Below are positions 1 through 8,334 of a DNA stretch of 32,000 nt, piece by piece. Made by a program: the position numbers and the translations under genes. The first letter of the stretch is position 1; each line of letters starts with the position of its first letter. The notes under the pieces are model-generated. The model ran no database searches. It was given only the letters and a program-made list of their open reading frames with translations, and was not told where the DNA came from. The stretch is from Copranaerobaculum intestinale (GTDB taxonomy: Bacteria; Bacillota_I; Bacilli_A; Erysipelotrichales; Erysipelotrichaceae), in assembly GCF_009831105.1 (NCBI RefSeq), contig NZ_WUUQ01000001.1, positions 840,001 through 872,000 on the forward strand, in the 5' to 3' direction.

Positions 1-361
1 TGTAATGGAAGGTGCCAAAATAGGATTGGATGATCGAACTCCGGAATTGTTAAAACAGACTGATGCTATTTCATCTGATGTTTTAGAGTCTTTCCTAAAT
101 CTGGATGTATCAGAAGTAAATCGAATGGTTGATAAGATGCAAGATGCATTCCATCGAGAAAATTTTAAGATAAATGGTTTGATACAATCAAGTTATTCAC
201 ATGAATTGATGACTACCGGAAAATTACATGTCGATGTTCCTGAATTAAAAGCAACTTTAAAGGGTAATCTTGAGAATCACATTTCCATTGACGGGCGTGA
301 AACGGCAGTCGCATTAACGCCTTTTATCAGTGAAGAAATAGCGTTTCAAGGAGGTCTATAA
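1..361 (+). CDS. Tape measure protein, C-terminal fragment (5' end outside the window)
   Basis: The reading frame is open to the window edge. The C-terminus '...ISIDGRETAVALTPFISEEIAFQGG' resembles typical tape-measure C-termini. It lies directly upstream of Dit/Tal, and its stop overlaps the next start (TAATG). Confidence 0.55.
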   Translation, partial: VMEGAKIGLDDRTPELLKQTDAISSDVLESFLNLDVSEVNRMVDKMQDAFHRENFKINGLIQSSYSHELMTTGKLHVDVPELKATLKGNLENHISIDGRETAVALTPFISEEIAFQGGL

Positions 362-1020
362 TGAAAATAAATGATCATAATTTTACAGAATTTCGCGCAA
401 GTGTTGTGCGATTCTCCCCCGTAAGCATGGAGTTTACGCAAGATATTTTATTTGGCGGTAACAGCTACTATCCGATCATGGGCGAAAAGTCATTAAAGCC
501 GCAGCAGCGTGAATTGGTAATCGACTTTACCCGTGAAGAAGATATCAGTAATTTTTCTGCGGAAGCCCAAAAAGAATGTGTGCTTGATCTGGATGATGGA
601 TATCGCTATCACTGCTATCCAACTACCTATGGCAAAATCAGCGAGGAAGCATACGGAGCTTATACCGGTATTTATACGTTTTATACGTTAAAGCAGAAAC
701 CGTTGATTACGGAAAATTTGAATGATTCAATCATGAATCAGGGAAATATTGAAACAAACATGATTTATGAAATCACATCAAAACAAGCGATTGATGATTT
801 TTATGTGGGTGATATTCATGTAATGAGTCTGCCCACAGATAAAACGCTGATCATCGACGGTATCGATAAACGCATTTATTATCAGGACAATCCGGATGTT
901 TCAGCCTTCGACAGTGTGATGATTTCACGATTTCCGATGTTAAAAGCTGGACTTAATGAAATCACTAAAAGCGATCCCAGTGTGCAGGTAGTCGTGAAGT
1001 ACTATCCAACCTTTATGTAA
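361..1020 (+). CDS. Distal tail protein (Dit-like phage tail family protein)
   Basis: 219 aa, with SD AGGAGG upstream. Its position between the tape measure and Tal, and its size, are typical of siphovirus Dit. The assignment rests on synteny, not on a recognised motif. Confidence 0.6.
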   Translation: MKINDHNFTEFRASVVRFSPVSMEFTQDILFGGNSYYPIMGEKSLKPQQRELVIDFTREEDISNFSAEAQKECVLDLDDGYRYHCYPTTYGKISEEAYGAYTGIYTFYTLKQKPLITENLNDSIMNQGNIETNMIYEITSKQAIDDFYVGDIHVMSLPTDKTLIIDGIDKRIYYQDNPDVSAFDSVMISRFPMLKAGLNEITKSDPSVQVVVKYYPTFM

Positions 1021-1032
1021 GGAGGCAGGACT

Positions 1033-3150
1033 ATGTTACTAATAAAAACAGCGCAGGGCTATCTGCCGTTGGAAAACCGAACCAATTTTAGTATAACTAC
1101 CGAATATGAGGGCGAGCAATCGCTCTCTTTTGATATTCAGCCATCAGATTCTAACTTTACATATTTGAAGGAAGAATCATCACTTCGATTTGAAGATAAT
1201 GATTTTCTGATTAAATCAATTAACCAGCGAAAAGAAATAGCTACTATCACGGCTGAAATTGACATGGATGAATGGAAAAAACAGATATATCCTCGTTTTA
1301 TTCGTAAAAACATAGGGTTTACGGAATTGCTGGAGTACATTATTCCATCCGGATGGACGCTCGTAGGTGCTGGTACAGTTGTAGGGCACACAGATATTGA
1401 CATGGAAGGATGCACTGATTACGAAATTCTAATGGCATGTAAACAGTTATATGGTGTGGTCTATGAGTATCATACCGCTTCAAAACAGATCAAGATCATT
1501 CATCCGGATCTGATTCAGCCGCGGGGTTTGTATATGAGTGATGAATTGAATTTGCAGAATTTGGAATTTAAAGGATCAAGCAGCGGATTCGTAACCAGAT
1601 TGTATGCATATGGTAAAAAAACGGAAACAAAAGATGAGGACGGCAATGTTTCAGCGGTTTCCTATGTGAATTTTGCGGTGCTCAACAAGGGCAAAGAATA
1701 TATTGAAAATCATGAATATAGTGAAAAAATTGTTTCTGCCTATTGGCATGATGACGCAATCACGGATGAAAAAGAGCTTTTGGATGAAGCAATCGAAAAA
1801 TTAAAAATAGCTGCAATTCCCAATCGCTCTTATAGCTGTAAACTTATCGATCTTTCAAGAATAAATCCCAAATATCGCATGCTGGATTTTAAAATGTATG
1901 ATAAACCTACCTTAATTGATAATCGGTGTAATTTATATATTACTCATCAGATCGTACAATACAAACGGTATCCAGATAATGAAGGTCTTAATGAAATTGC
2001 TTTGAGTACTTCCTTTAAAAACATATCTGGTACCATCGACAGTATGAAGACATCGATATCAGCGCTTGATGTGAAGACAAAACAAAATCAAGAAACTTCC
2101 AATGAAATCATTCGGGATGTTGCGTCAAATACAGCGCTTATCAAAAATACCTATACAAAAGGAGAAACAAATACGGTTATTACTTCTGCGGTTCAGCAGG
2201 CAGCTGATGAAATTTCAGGGTCACTTCAAATCATTGAGGAAAACGAAAAAGCGCAAGATATACGGATTGAAAATGCAGAAGTTATGATTCAGCCGGATAA
2301 TATTAAAAATATTGTTTCTTCGGAATATTACAAAAAAGATGAAACAAATCAGTTGTATTCAACAAAAAGTGAGTTATCATCTGCAATCACGCAGACCAAA
2401 AAGGATGTTACGACAATTCTTACCGAAATGTCTGGTTTTAATTTTCTTTCGAACTCCTGCGGATGGAGCGGAACCGATTTTTGGTATCGTGAAATAGATG
2501 AACATGGAAATAAATTACCTGTAAATACAGATGTTACTGGTATTCGAAATAATGATACAGATGATCACACCGTTTCCGGACATGCGTTTTTACTAAAGCA
2601 GGGATCCTTGAAGCAGGATGTTCGACTGTCCTTGGGCAGTACCTATACATGTTCTGTAAAGGTACGGAAATATATGACTGCAAGTTCTATTAAAATCATT
2701 CAAAATAATCAAGCGTTAATTCTTTTTGAAAGCGATGCTTTGTATACCGATGAGGATTGGCACGAGTATTCCCTTACCTTCATATGTACCGCCTCTATCG
2801 TAACAATTTCTGTATCCTCATCCGCGGAATGGCTATTGGTTTCAGACTTTATGCTGAATGATGGAACCGTTAAAAAGACATGGACGCCCAATAACGACGA
2901 AATTTACACCACTGGGGTAAAAATTGACCGCTCTGGGATACGCGTACATCAATCCGAAACCGATACAGATACCGTAATTGACAGTACCGAGTTTGCAGTA
3001 GAATATCAGGGCAAAAAGGTGATTCGTGTAAATCGTGATACAACCGAGCTGGAAAATGCTCACATTCGAGGAAATGTTCAAATGGGTAAGCTCAGCATTA
3101 TTGCATCTGCTGATAAATCTCGTGTGGACTTTTTCTTGATGGATGAATAG
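1033..3150 (+). CDS. Tail-associated protein (Tal / phage minor structural protein, prophage-tail-endopeptidase-like N-terminus) with coiled-coil middle and jelly-roll-like C-terminal module
   Basis: 705 aa, SD AAGGAGG. The N-terminus (SLSFDI..., FEDNDFLIKSINQRKE) resembles the phage minor structural protein N-terminal family. It sits after Dit. A Q/E/K/T-rich helical stretch fills the middle, and the C-terminal 150 aa is beta-rich. Confidence 0.7.
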   Translation: MLLIKTAQGYLPLENRTNFSITTEYEGEQSLSFDIQPSDSNFTYLKEESSLRFEDNDFLIKSINQRKEIATITAEIDMDEWKKQIYPRFIRKNIGFTELLEYIIPSGWTLVGAGTVVGHTDIDMEGCTDYEILMACKQLYGVVYEYHTASKQIKIIHPDLIQPRGLYMSDELNLQNLEFKGSSSGFVTRLYAYGKKTETKDEDGNVSAVSYVNFAVLNKGKEYIENHEYSEKIVSAYWHDDAITDEKELLDEAIEKLKIAAIPNRSYSCKLIDLSRINPKYRMLDFKMYDKPTLIDNRCNLYITHQIVQYKRYPDNEGLNEIALSTSFKNISGTIDSMKTSISALDVKTKQNQETSNEIIRDVASNTALIKNTYTKGETNTVITSAVQQAADEISGSLQIIEENEKAQDIRIENAEVMIQPDNIKNIVSSEYYKKDETNQLYSTKSELSSAITQTKKDVTTILTEMSGFNFLSNSCGWSGTDFWYREIDEHGNKLPVNTDVTGIRNNDTDDHTVSGHAFLLKQGSLKQDVRLSLGSTYTCSVKVRKYMTASSIKIIQNNQALILFESDALYTDEDWHEYSLTFICTASIVTISVSSSAEWLLVSDFMLNDGTVKKTWTPNNDEIYTTGVKIDRSGIRVHQSETDTDTVIDSTEFAVEYQGKKVIRVNRDTTELENAHIRGNVQMGKLSIIASADKSRVDFFLMDE

Positions 3151-3161
3151 GAGGAATGAAT

Positions 3162-5396
3162 ATGGCATCTTTTTCAGGCGCTTGCAGTGGTAGTGGAGTA
3201 ACCGGTTATTTGGATGTATCGGCCGTGACCCTCTCCGGTTCATACCCGAATATAGTCGCAAATTATAGTGCATCCGTACGATGGCATTGTACCTATGAGG
3301 GAAGTGTATATTACAATGGTTCAACCGTAACAATTAATGGTAAGACGTGGACCGGCAATATCAGCTTCAGTGTGAACGGAGCAAACTCTCCAAGCTATGG
3401 TTCACAAAGCTTTTCAGTAGGTCTTGGTAGTTCAAGATCTGTTTCAATCAGCGTCAAAAGCAGTGTCAGTACGTATCCGTTATTCAACTTTTCAGCGAGT
3501 GGAACTGTGAGCTCCCCGGCGGTTGAAGCGGCTACGAACTATACGATATCATCAATCAGCGGGATTACTGAAAATTCCTGTGTAGTTTCTCATACCTTGA
3601 ACAGTACCCGAAACTATTGGTATGTAAAGCTCTATGATGCGAATACCGGTACGTACTGGAATTTGAATACAAATAATGGGAATGGGACAACGACCATTAC
3701 CGGCTTAAATCCAAACCAAACATATACTTTTAAAGTACGCGTGTATGGCCGAAATGGTGCTTATTTGGGTGAAAGTGCAGCAAAATCAATCACTACGCTG
3801 GGAAAATCAGGCATTGGAAACCAACCTTCCTATAAGATTGGCACTGCATTTGACTTATTGATTAACGGATACAGCGACTTATTTACACATACAGCACAAT
3901 TCACAATCGGCAGCTATTCCTTTCAACGCACAAACCTAAAACGGGGAACGATTACCATTCAGCCGACGGATTCTGAAAATAATGAAATTTACACACAGTT
4001 AACAACGGCCGTAACAAAGGATATGAATATTCAACTGACAACTTTTGTGAATGGTGTATCCATCGGTAATACGAGTGGGACAGGCAGTGTTCAGATTGAT
4101 CAATCCATATGCGCTCCAGATGTAAACAGTTTTACATATCTTGATACAAATGCGGTTACAGTCGGTCTAACCGGAAATAATCAATATATTATTCAAGGAC
4201 ATTCTGAAATCGAAGTACGTGATATCGCGGCAGCGGCAAAGCACGCTGCTTCACTTCAAAAATATCGTGTTATGGTGGACGGCTCCGCTTTTGAAAGTAC
4301 CGCGACAACGATTCATACAACCCAAGCCTTTGCGGATACCGGGATAACGGTGTATGCAATCGACAGTCGTAATCTCCAGGGATCTTTGACAAAAGCATTT
4401 TTGAAGTTCATACCATATGCTGAACCTAAGGTAGAAATCCGTTTACATCGGCGTAATGATATTGAAAATTCAACCTCGCTTATTTTAAAAGGAAGCTATG
4501 ATCCAATGATGATCGATCAGGAACAAAAAAATGATCTTTTATCGGTAACCTATTGTTATAAAGAAGAAAAAGAAACGGTTTATGGGAATGAAGTATCCAT
4601 CACAGTCGTAAAAGGTGAGGACGGATCCTTTACATTTAATAATATTATCGGGGACTTTCCTTCTGAACACGTATATCATTTTCAAATAAGGATGACTGAT
4701 AAATTAGGAACCTATACCTATTCAGCGATTTTAAATGCCGGAGTTATGTCGATCTCAATTAAGAAAAACAGCGGCAATTATGCCATTGGCATCAATAAAA
4801 TACCCGAGCTGGATAAGGGGTTGGACATAGCAGGTGATATCCGCGTCAACGGAATAAAGTTGAATGCTCCGGAAATATATCCTGTTGGCAGTATTTATAT
4901 CAGCATCCAAAATGTCAATCCTGCGCAGTATTTTGGAGGTGTGTGGGAACGTTATGCGCAAGGAAAAACCTTGATAGGGGTAGATGAAGGTGATTCCAGC
5001 TTTCAAAAAGCAGGTATATCCGGCGGTCATAAAGAGCTGCAGTCGCATACCCATGCGGTTACGATTGCAAACAGCGGTGCTCATACACATACTGTTTCTG
5101 GATCTGCCGCATCAGCAGGAAATCATAATCACAGCTACAATGGCTGGTATTGGATAAACGGTTCTGTGCTGCCGGCATCTTCAAAATATACGTTTATGTC
5201 ACATTATCGAACCAGTGATCCTACTCAGGTGCCGCCTTCTCAAAATGCCGGCGGTGCACATACTCACTCGATATCTGGTACCGCTGCAAGTAACGGAGCA
5301 CATGTTCACACCGCGACTGCAGCGAATACGGGTTCTGGTAATGGCGGAAATCTACCGCCTTATATGACGACGTATTTTTGGCTGCGAACAGCTTAG
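3162..5396 (+). CDS. Tail fibre / receptor-binding protein (FN3-like domain plus C-terminal HxH-repeat domain)
   Basis: About 744 aa. The ORF track starts it at 3156, but the ATG at 3162 has better spacing to the AGGAGG at 3149-3154. It has an FN3-like segment (TGLNPNQTYTFKVRVYGRNG) and a C-terminus VGSIYIS...GGVWERYAQGKTLIG followed by five HxH motifs. Its position after Tal fits this call. Confidence 0.7.
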   Translation: MASFSGACSGSGVTGYLDVSAVTLSGSYPNIVANYSASVRWHCTYEGSVYYNGSTVTINGKTWTGNISFSVNGANSPSYGSQSFSVGLGSSRSVSISVKSSVSTYPLFNFSASGTVSSPAVEAATNYTISSISGITENSCVVSHTLNSTRNYWYVKLYDANTGTYWNLNTNNGNGTTTITGLNPNQTYTFKVRVYGRNGAYLGESAAKSITTLGKSGIGNQPSYKIGTAFDLLINGYSDLFTHTAQFTIGSYSFQRTNLKRGTITIQPTDSENNEIYTQLTTAVTKDMNIQLTTFVNGVSIGNTSGTGSVQIDQSICAPDVNSFTYLDTNAVTVGLTGNNQYIIQGHSEIEVRDIAAAAKHAASLQKYRVMVDGSAFESTATTIHTTQAFADTGITVYAIDSRNLQGSLTKAFLKFIPYAEPKVEIRLHRRNDIENSTSLILKGSYDPMMIDQEQKNDLLSVTYCYKEEKETVYGNEVSITVVKGEDGSFTFNNIIGDFPSEHVYHFQIRMTDKLGTYTYSAILNAGVMSISIKKNSGNYAIGINKIPELDKGLDIAGDIRVNGIKLNAPEIYPVGSIYISIQNVNPAQYFGGVWERYAQGKTLIGVDEGDSSFQKAGISGGHKELQSHTHAVTIANSGAHTHTVSGSAASAGNHNHSYNGWYWINGSVLPASSKYTFMSHYRTSDPTQVPPSQNAGGAHTHSISGTAASNGAHVHTATAANTGSGNGGNLPPYMTTYFWLRTA

Positions 5397-5406
5397 CGGA
5401 GGGAAA

Positions 5407-5586
5407 ATGATGAAAGAAAATTTAATAAAACTGATTCGTGTAAAAAGTATTGTCACCTTGATCCTCACCGGTGTCTTTTCTTATTTATCACTCACTCAAA
5501 AAATCAAAAGCGATCAATTCATGACCGTTTTTACAGTAGTCATCGCATTCTATTTTGGTACGCAAAGCATGAAAAAGGGGGAGTAA
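5407..5586 (+). CDS. Putative holin (59 aa, two predicted TM helices); not in the supplied ORF track (<60 aa)
   Basis: Translated by hand: MMKENLIKLIRVKSIVTLILTGVFSYLSLTQKIKSDQFMTVFTVVIAFYFGTQSMKKGE. SD GGAGGG lies at 5398-5403. It has two hydrophobic helices and a charged C-terminus, and sits just upstream of the endolysin. Confidence 0.55.
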   Translation: MMKENLIKLIRVKSIVTLILTGVFSYLSLTQKIKSDQFMTVFTVVIAFYFGTQSMKKGE

Positions 5587-5587
5587 T

Positions 5588-5815
5588 ATGAATACGGATA
5601 TTTTAGTAGCAATGATCGGCGGAATTTGCGTGGCTGTCCCTACGATTATCACAACATGTATTAGTAATAATAAGGCGAATGCGGTGATGCATTACAAGAT
5701 TGAGTATCTTACAAAACAAGTAGAAAAACATAATAACGTTGTAGAAAGGATGGCTGTTGTGGAAAACAGTATCAAGGCTGTACACCGAAGAATAGATGAA
5801 TTAAGTGAACGTTAA
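5588..5815 (+). CDS. Small membrane-anchored coiled-coil protein of the lysis cassette (holin/XhlA-like accessory)
   Basis: 75 aa, SD GGGGGAG. It has an N-terminal TM helix (ILVAMIGGICVAVPTIITTCI) followed by an amphipathic helix. It lies between the holin candidate and the endolysin. Confidence 0.5.
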   Translation: MNTDILVAMIGGICVAVPTIITTCISNNKANAVMHYKIEYLTKQVEKHNNVVERMAVVENSIKAVHRRIDELSER

Positions 5816-5828
5816 AGGAGGAATAAAA

Positions 5829-6743
5829 ATGGCAGAAATAAAAAGAATGTATGCTCCAATACTTCCATATGGAGCTCGCAGCGGACAAATACGTTTAGGC
5901 ATGCGGGGAGTGACCATCCATCAGACCGGAAATCCATCAAAAGGAGCAGGCGCAGTCAATCATGCTGCTTATCTGCAAAACAGCGGTAAAAATATCCAAG
6001 CTTCCTGGCACTACTGCGTTGATGACCATGTGATTACGCAATCAATTCCAGAAAATGAAATTGCTTGGCATGCGGGAGATGGCTATGGGGATGGAAATTA
6101 TAAAACCATCGCCATTGAAATTTGTATCAATTCCGACGGAAATATGAGGAAAGCCTGTGATAATGCGGCTGAACTGGCTGCCGATATTCTGAAGCGATAT
6201 GGTCTTGGAACAGAACATCTTTTTCAGCATCATGACTGGTCAGGAAAAAATTGTCCGGCACAGCTTCGATCCGGCATACCATATGATTGGAAAACCTTCC
6301 AAGATAAAGTCGATGGTTATTTGAAACGGATACCTCAGCCTCCACCGATTGGTAAGATCCGTAAAATCAATCAAAACCATATATTCAAGCTTGGAGATCT
6401 TATAATATTCCCCAACGTCTATCGTGTTGATGAAGTAACAGCGAACGGACAGCAAGGGTTTGTAAACGGAGCGATTGCATCGTACGAGTTATGTTATGGA
6501 AAACCGGTTTTTGAACAAAATTGGATTGATGCGGGCCCCTGTGATGAGGTCAATGCTCATGGAGTGAAATCCGGCGATCAGATCTTTGTGCCGGGCGAAC
6601 GATTTCGTATTCGTGGTGATTTTAAGGTGCTGGATGTATACCGGGAAACTGCTGATATGCCAAATGGGGCTATTAAGATTCATATCGGACAGAAGGATGT
6701 AATTCTGGATGCCGGCCCCGCATATTTTGTCTATTTTGATTAG
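5829..6743 (+). CDS. Endolysin: N-acetylmuramoyl-L-alanine amidase (Amidase_2/PGRP-type) with C-terminal cell-wall-binding region
   Basis: The start is moved to the ATG at 5829 (MAEIKR..), which has AAAGGAGG 7 nt upstream. Recognisable motifs are GVTIHQTGN..., SWHYCVDD, AWHAGDG, IEICIN and HHDWSGKNCP, typical of zinc amidase_2 endolysins. Confidence 0.88.
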   Translation: MAEIKRMYAPILPYGARSGQIRLGMRGVTIHQTGNPSKGAGAVNHAAYLQNSGKNIQASWHYCVDDHVITQSIPENEIAWHAGDGYGDGNYKTIAIEICINSDGNMRKACDNAAELAADILKRYGLGTEHLFQHHDWSGKNCPAQLRSGIPYDWKTFQDKVDGYLKRIPQPPPIGKIRKINQNHIFKLGDLIIFPNVYRVDEVTANGQQGFVNGAIASYELCYGKPVFEQNWIDAGPCDEVNAHGVKSGDQIFVPGERFRIRGDFKVLDVYRETADMPNGAIKIHIGQKDVILDAGPAYFVYFD

Positions 6744-6781
6744 AAAAAGTCTACCTTCTTAATTGAGGGTAGACTTTTTTT
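6744..6781. terminator. Bidirectional intrinsic terminator between the endolysin and the convergent lipoprotein gene
   Basis: The stem AGTCTACC / GGTAGACT has a 12-nt loop, with an A-run on the 5' side and T7 on the 3' side. Confidence 0.75.
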
Positions 6782-6837
6782 GCAGGTTTGATGGAAGCTA
6801 TCGTGATCTATACGTCTCATGAATGAGTTTGTTGATT

Positions 6838-7683
6838 CTACCACCAAGAATATTCTTTGGTTTTGCTATCGTAATCGACGTAGGTAGTTGATCCATCCTC
6901 ATTGCGCAGGGACAGCGAAACCTTCAGCAATTGCGCATCCGCAATATTGCCGGAATTTGGACCAAAGGTATCTTCGACTGCGCTGACATCGCCAGGAAGC
7001 AGAGTATCATAGCAAGTCAAATAATGCGTATCATTTTCAAATTGATATTTATAAGAAATACTTGTAATGGTTTTAGTTGAATTGTTTTTGAATTGAGTCT
7101 GCATATAAACCGTACCGATGGAATTCGGCGGCAGACATTTAAAATCTACCAGCTCGATTTGATCGATCGTGATTGGAATTGCTTTTGACAAAGCTTCATC
7201 GGTAACATTATTTATCGTCAGCTTGCCATCTTTTAAGAGCACGATGTAGCCGTTGATATTTTCTTCTTCTCCACCGCCATTATTGAAATATTTGATGATA
7301 GCGTTATGATTGGAAGTACTTAATTTGAAACAGGACAGCTTCAAGGAACCATTGACCGCCGCAATATAATCATCTGAATAATTACTGTCTGATTTTCCTT
7401 TATCCGTTAATGAAATTTTACTTACTTTATTATCCTTAACATAAATCTCAATGAAGCTTTTTCCAGAATTGAATGATGCTTTTCCTTTATCCCCGTCGCC
7501 GCTTTTATACACCAACTCTTTGACATCATCCTGCTTCTGTAATTCTTTTACCGTGTCTTCGATCAATGTTCGAGCACTCTTGTGATCTTCAAAATCACTT
7601 TCCAAGGTTGCCTTTTTTTCGCCGCAGGCAGACAGCCCCAACACCAACAAAGACACTAGAAAAAGCCTTACTACTTTTTTCAT
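6838..7683 (-). CDS. Secreted lipoprotein of unknown function (281 aa)
   Basis: The start is moved to the ATG at 7683 (MKKVVRLFLVSLLVLGLSAC...), with AGGAGG 8 nt upstream. It has a classic lipobox L-S-A-C. The mature part is beta-rich and K/D/S/N-rich. No family was recognised. Confidence 0.8.
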   Translation of the reverse strand: MKKVVRLFLVSLLVLGLSACGEKKATLESDFEDHKSARTLIEDTVKELQKQDDVKELVYKSGDGDKGKASFNSGKSFIEIYVKDNKVSKISLTDKGKSDSNYSDDYIAAVNGSLKLSCFKLSTSNHNAIIKYFNNGGGEEENINGYIVLLKDGKLTINNVTDEALSKAIPITIDQIELVDFKCLPPNSIGTVYMQTQFKNNSTKTITSISYKYQFENDTHYLTCYDTLLPGDVSAVEDTFGPNSGNIADAQLLKVSLSLRNEDGSTTYVDYDSKTKEYSWW

Positions 7684-7713
7684 ACCCCAATATCCTCCTT
7701 TTGAATTATATAC

Positions 7714-7733
7714 TATGTGTGATTTAGCACATA
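7714..7733. promoter_or_regulatory. Palindrome TATGTG-N8-CACATA in the lipoprotein promoter region (candidate operator)
   Basis: The 6-bp arms lie about 30-50 bp upstream of the lipoprotein start. A TATAAT on the minus strand lies between the palindrome and the SD. Confidence 0.3.
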
Positions 7734-7874
7734 AGTACCACCGTTGCAATATCCTATCCAAGTGAAACTTAATTTATACTACTTAAACCTTTTATAAATG
7801 AAATATCCTATCTTTATTATAGTACGGTTATAAGGTTCCGACAACATAAATTGAGTAGCGAGGACTTACCAATT

Positions 7875-7913
7875 AAAGAAAAAACTGCAGCATCCTTATC
7901 GAAAAGTGCAGTT
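7875..7913 (-). terminator. Intrinsic terminator (minus strand) after the 43-aa ORF
   Basis: On the minus strand the stem AACTGCA/TGCAGTT is followed by TTTTCTTT. The 17-nt loop is long, so confidence is moderate. Confidence 0.4.
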
Positions 7914-7960
7914 TGTTCGCAGTAACAGAGAAAATTTTAGTGTTTTTGCTTCTTTGAAGT

Positions 7961-8092
7961 TTAGAATTCATCTTCTTTCAACTCTAAATTATCCAGGACT
8001 TCACATATTTCTTTTTCTGTCAGTCCTAGCTTTTTCAAGATTTCTTTTACTTCCAAAATTGCGGAAGTCGGTTCCGTGTTAGGATTCTCCAT
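7961..8092 (-). CDS. Unlisted small ORF, 43 aa, acidic helical peptide (MENPNTEPTSAILEVKEILKKLGLTEKEICEVLDNLELKEDEF)
   Basis: Hand translation. GAGGTG lies 6 nt upstream of the ATG at 8092. A minus-strand extended -10 lies upstream (8209-8217) and a terminator downstream (7875-7913). No family was recognised. Confidence 0.45.
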   Translation of the reverse strand: MENPNTEPTSAILEVKEILKKLGLTEKEICEVLDNLELKEDEF

Positions 8093-8208
8093 GTGTTCAC
8101 CTCGATGCTATTTTTACATAATTTGATGATTTGAAAGAAAATTTAAAAATTGAGCTGATGAGGTAACTTTTATATCAGTTTTTAATTTGGATTTTCTCTC
8201 TTTTCTGC

Positions 8209-8217
8209 ATTATAGCA
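8209..8217 (-). promoter_or_regulatory. Extended -10 (TGcTATAAT on the minus strand) driving the 43-aa ORF
   Basis: The reverse complement of 8209-8217 reads TGCTATAAT. The -35 is weak (ATTTCA). The leader would be about 105 nt. Confidence 0.4.
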
Positions 8218-8334
8218 TACTTTTATTGAAATGAAATCTGTATCAAATGGCCGCAAATCGAAAAATTTACTTCATGTATGTATAAATATTGATTAAATAT
8301 GAAGTTATTCCCATTTGAAAAAAGATTTCAGCTT

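Larger units (their letters stand above)
1..6781 (+). mobile_element. Right (late-gene) arm of a siphovirus-type prophage (tape measure end, Dit, Tal, tail fibre, holin module, endolysin). The left part lies outside the window. The true right boundary is unknown and may extend into 6.8-9.0 kb.
   Basis: Canonical gene order TMP-Dit-Tal-fibre-holin-endolysin, all on the + strand and tightly packed or overlapping. It ends at a bidirectional terminator at 6744-6781. No att repeat can be identified because the other prophage end is not in the window. Confidence 0.75.

Noticed and set aside
2842-3333. 163-aa reverse-strand ORF spanning the Tal/tail-fibre junction
   Set aside because: It lies entirely antisense to two well-supported phage structural genes. 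It has no SD and its composition is low-complexity and Cys/His/Arg-rich, typical of shadow ORFs.
5141-5161. GNHNHSY in the tail fibre as a possible HNH nuclease motif
   Set aside because: It is one of five periodic HxH repeats in a fibre domain. There is no surrounding HNH-nuclease architecture (no Cys/His zinc knuckle, no conserved Asn spacing).
7728-7735. 8-mer CTTATGTG shared between the lipoprotein promoter palindrome (minus strand) and the first ATGTGAATAT repeat (8332-8339), as evidence of a common regulator
   Set aside because: A given 8-mer is expected about once by chance in 64 kb of two-strand sequence, so this alone is not significant.
7684-7761. 26-codon N-terminal extension of the lipoprotein ORF
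   Set aside because: The signal peptide and lipobox begin at the internal Met (7683), which has a perfect AGGAGG. The extension would bury the signal peptide.
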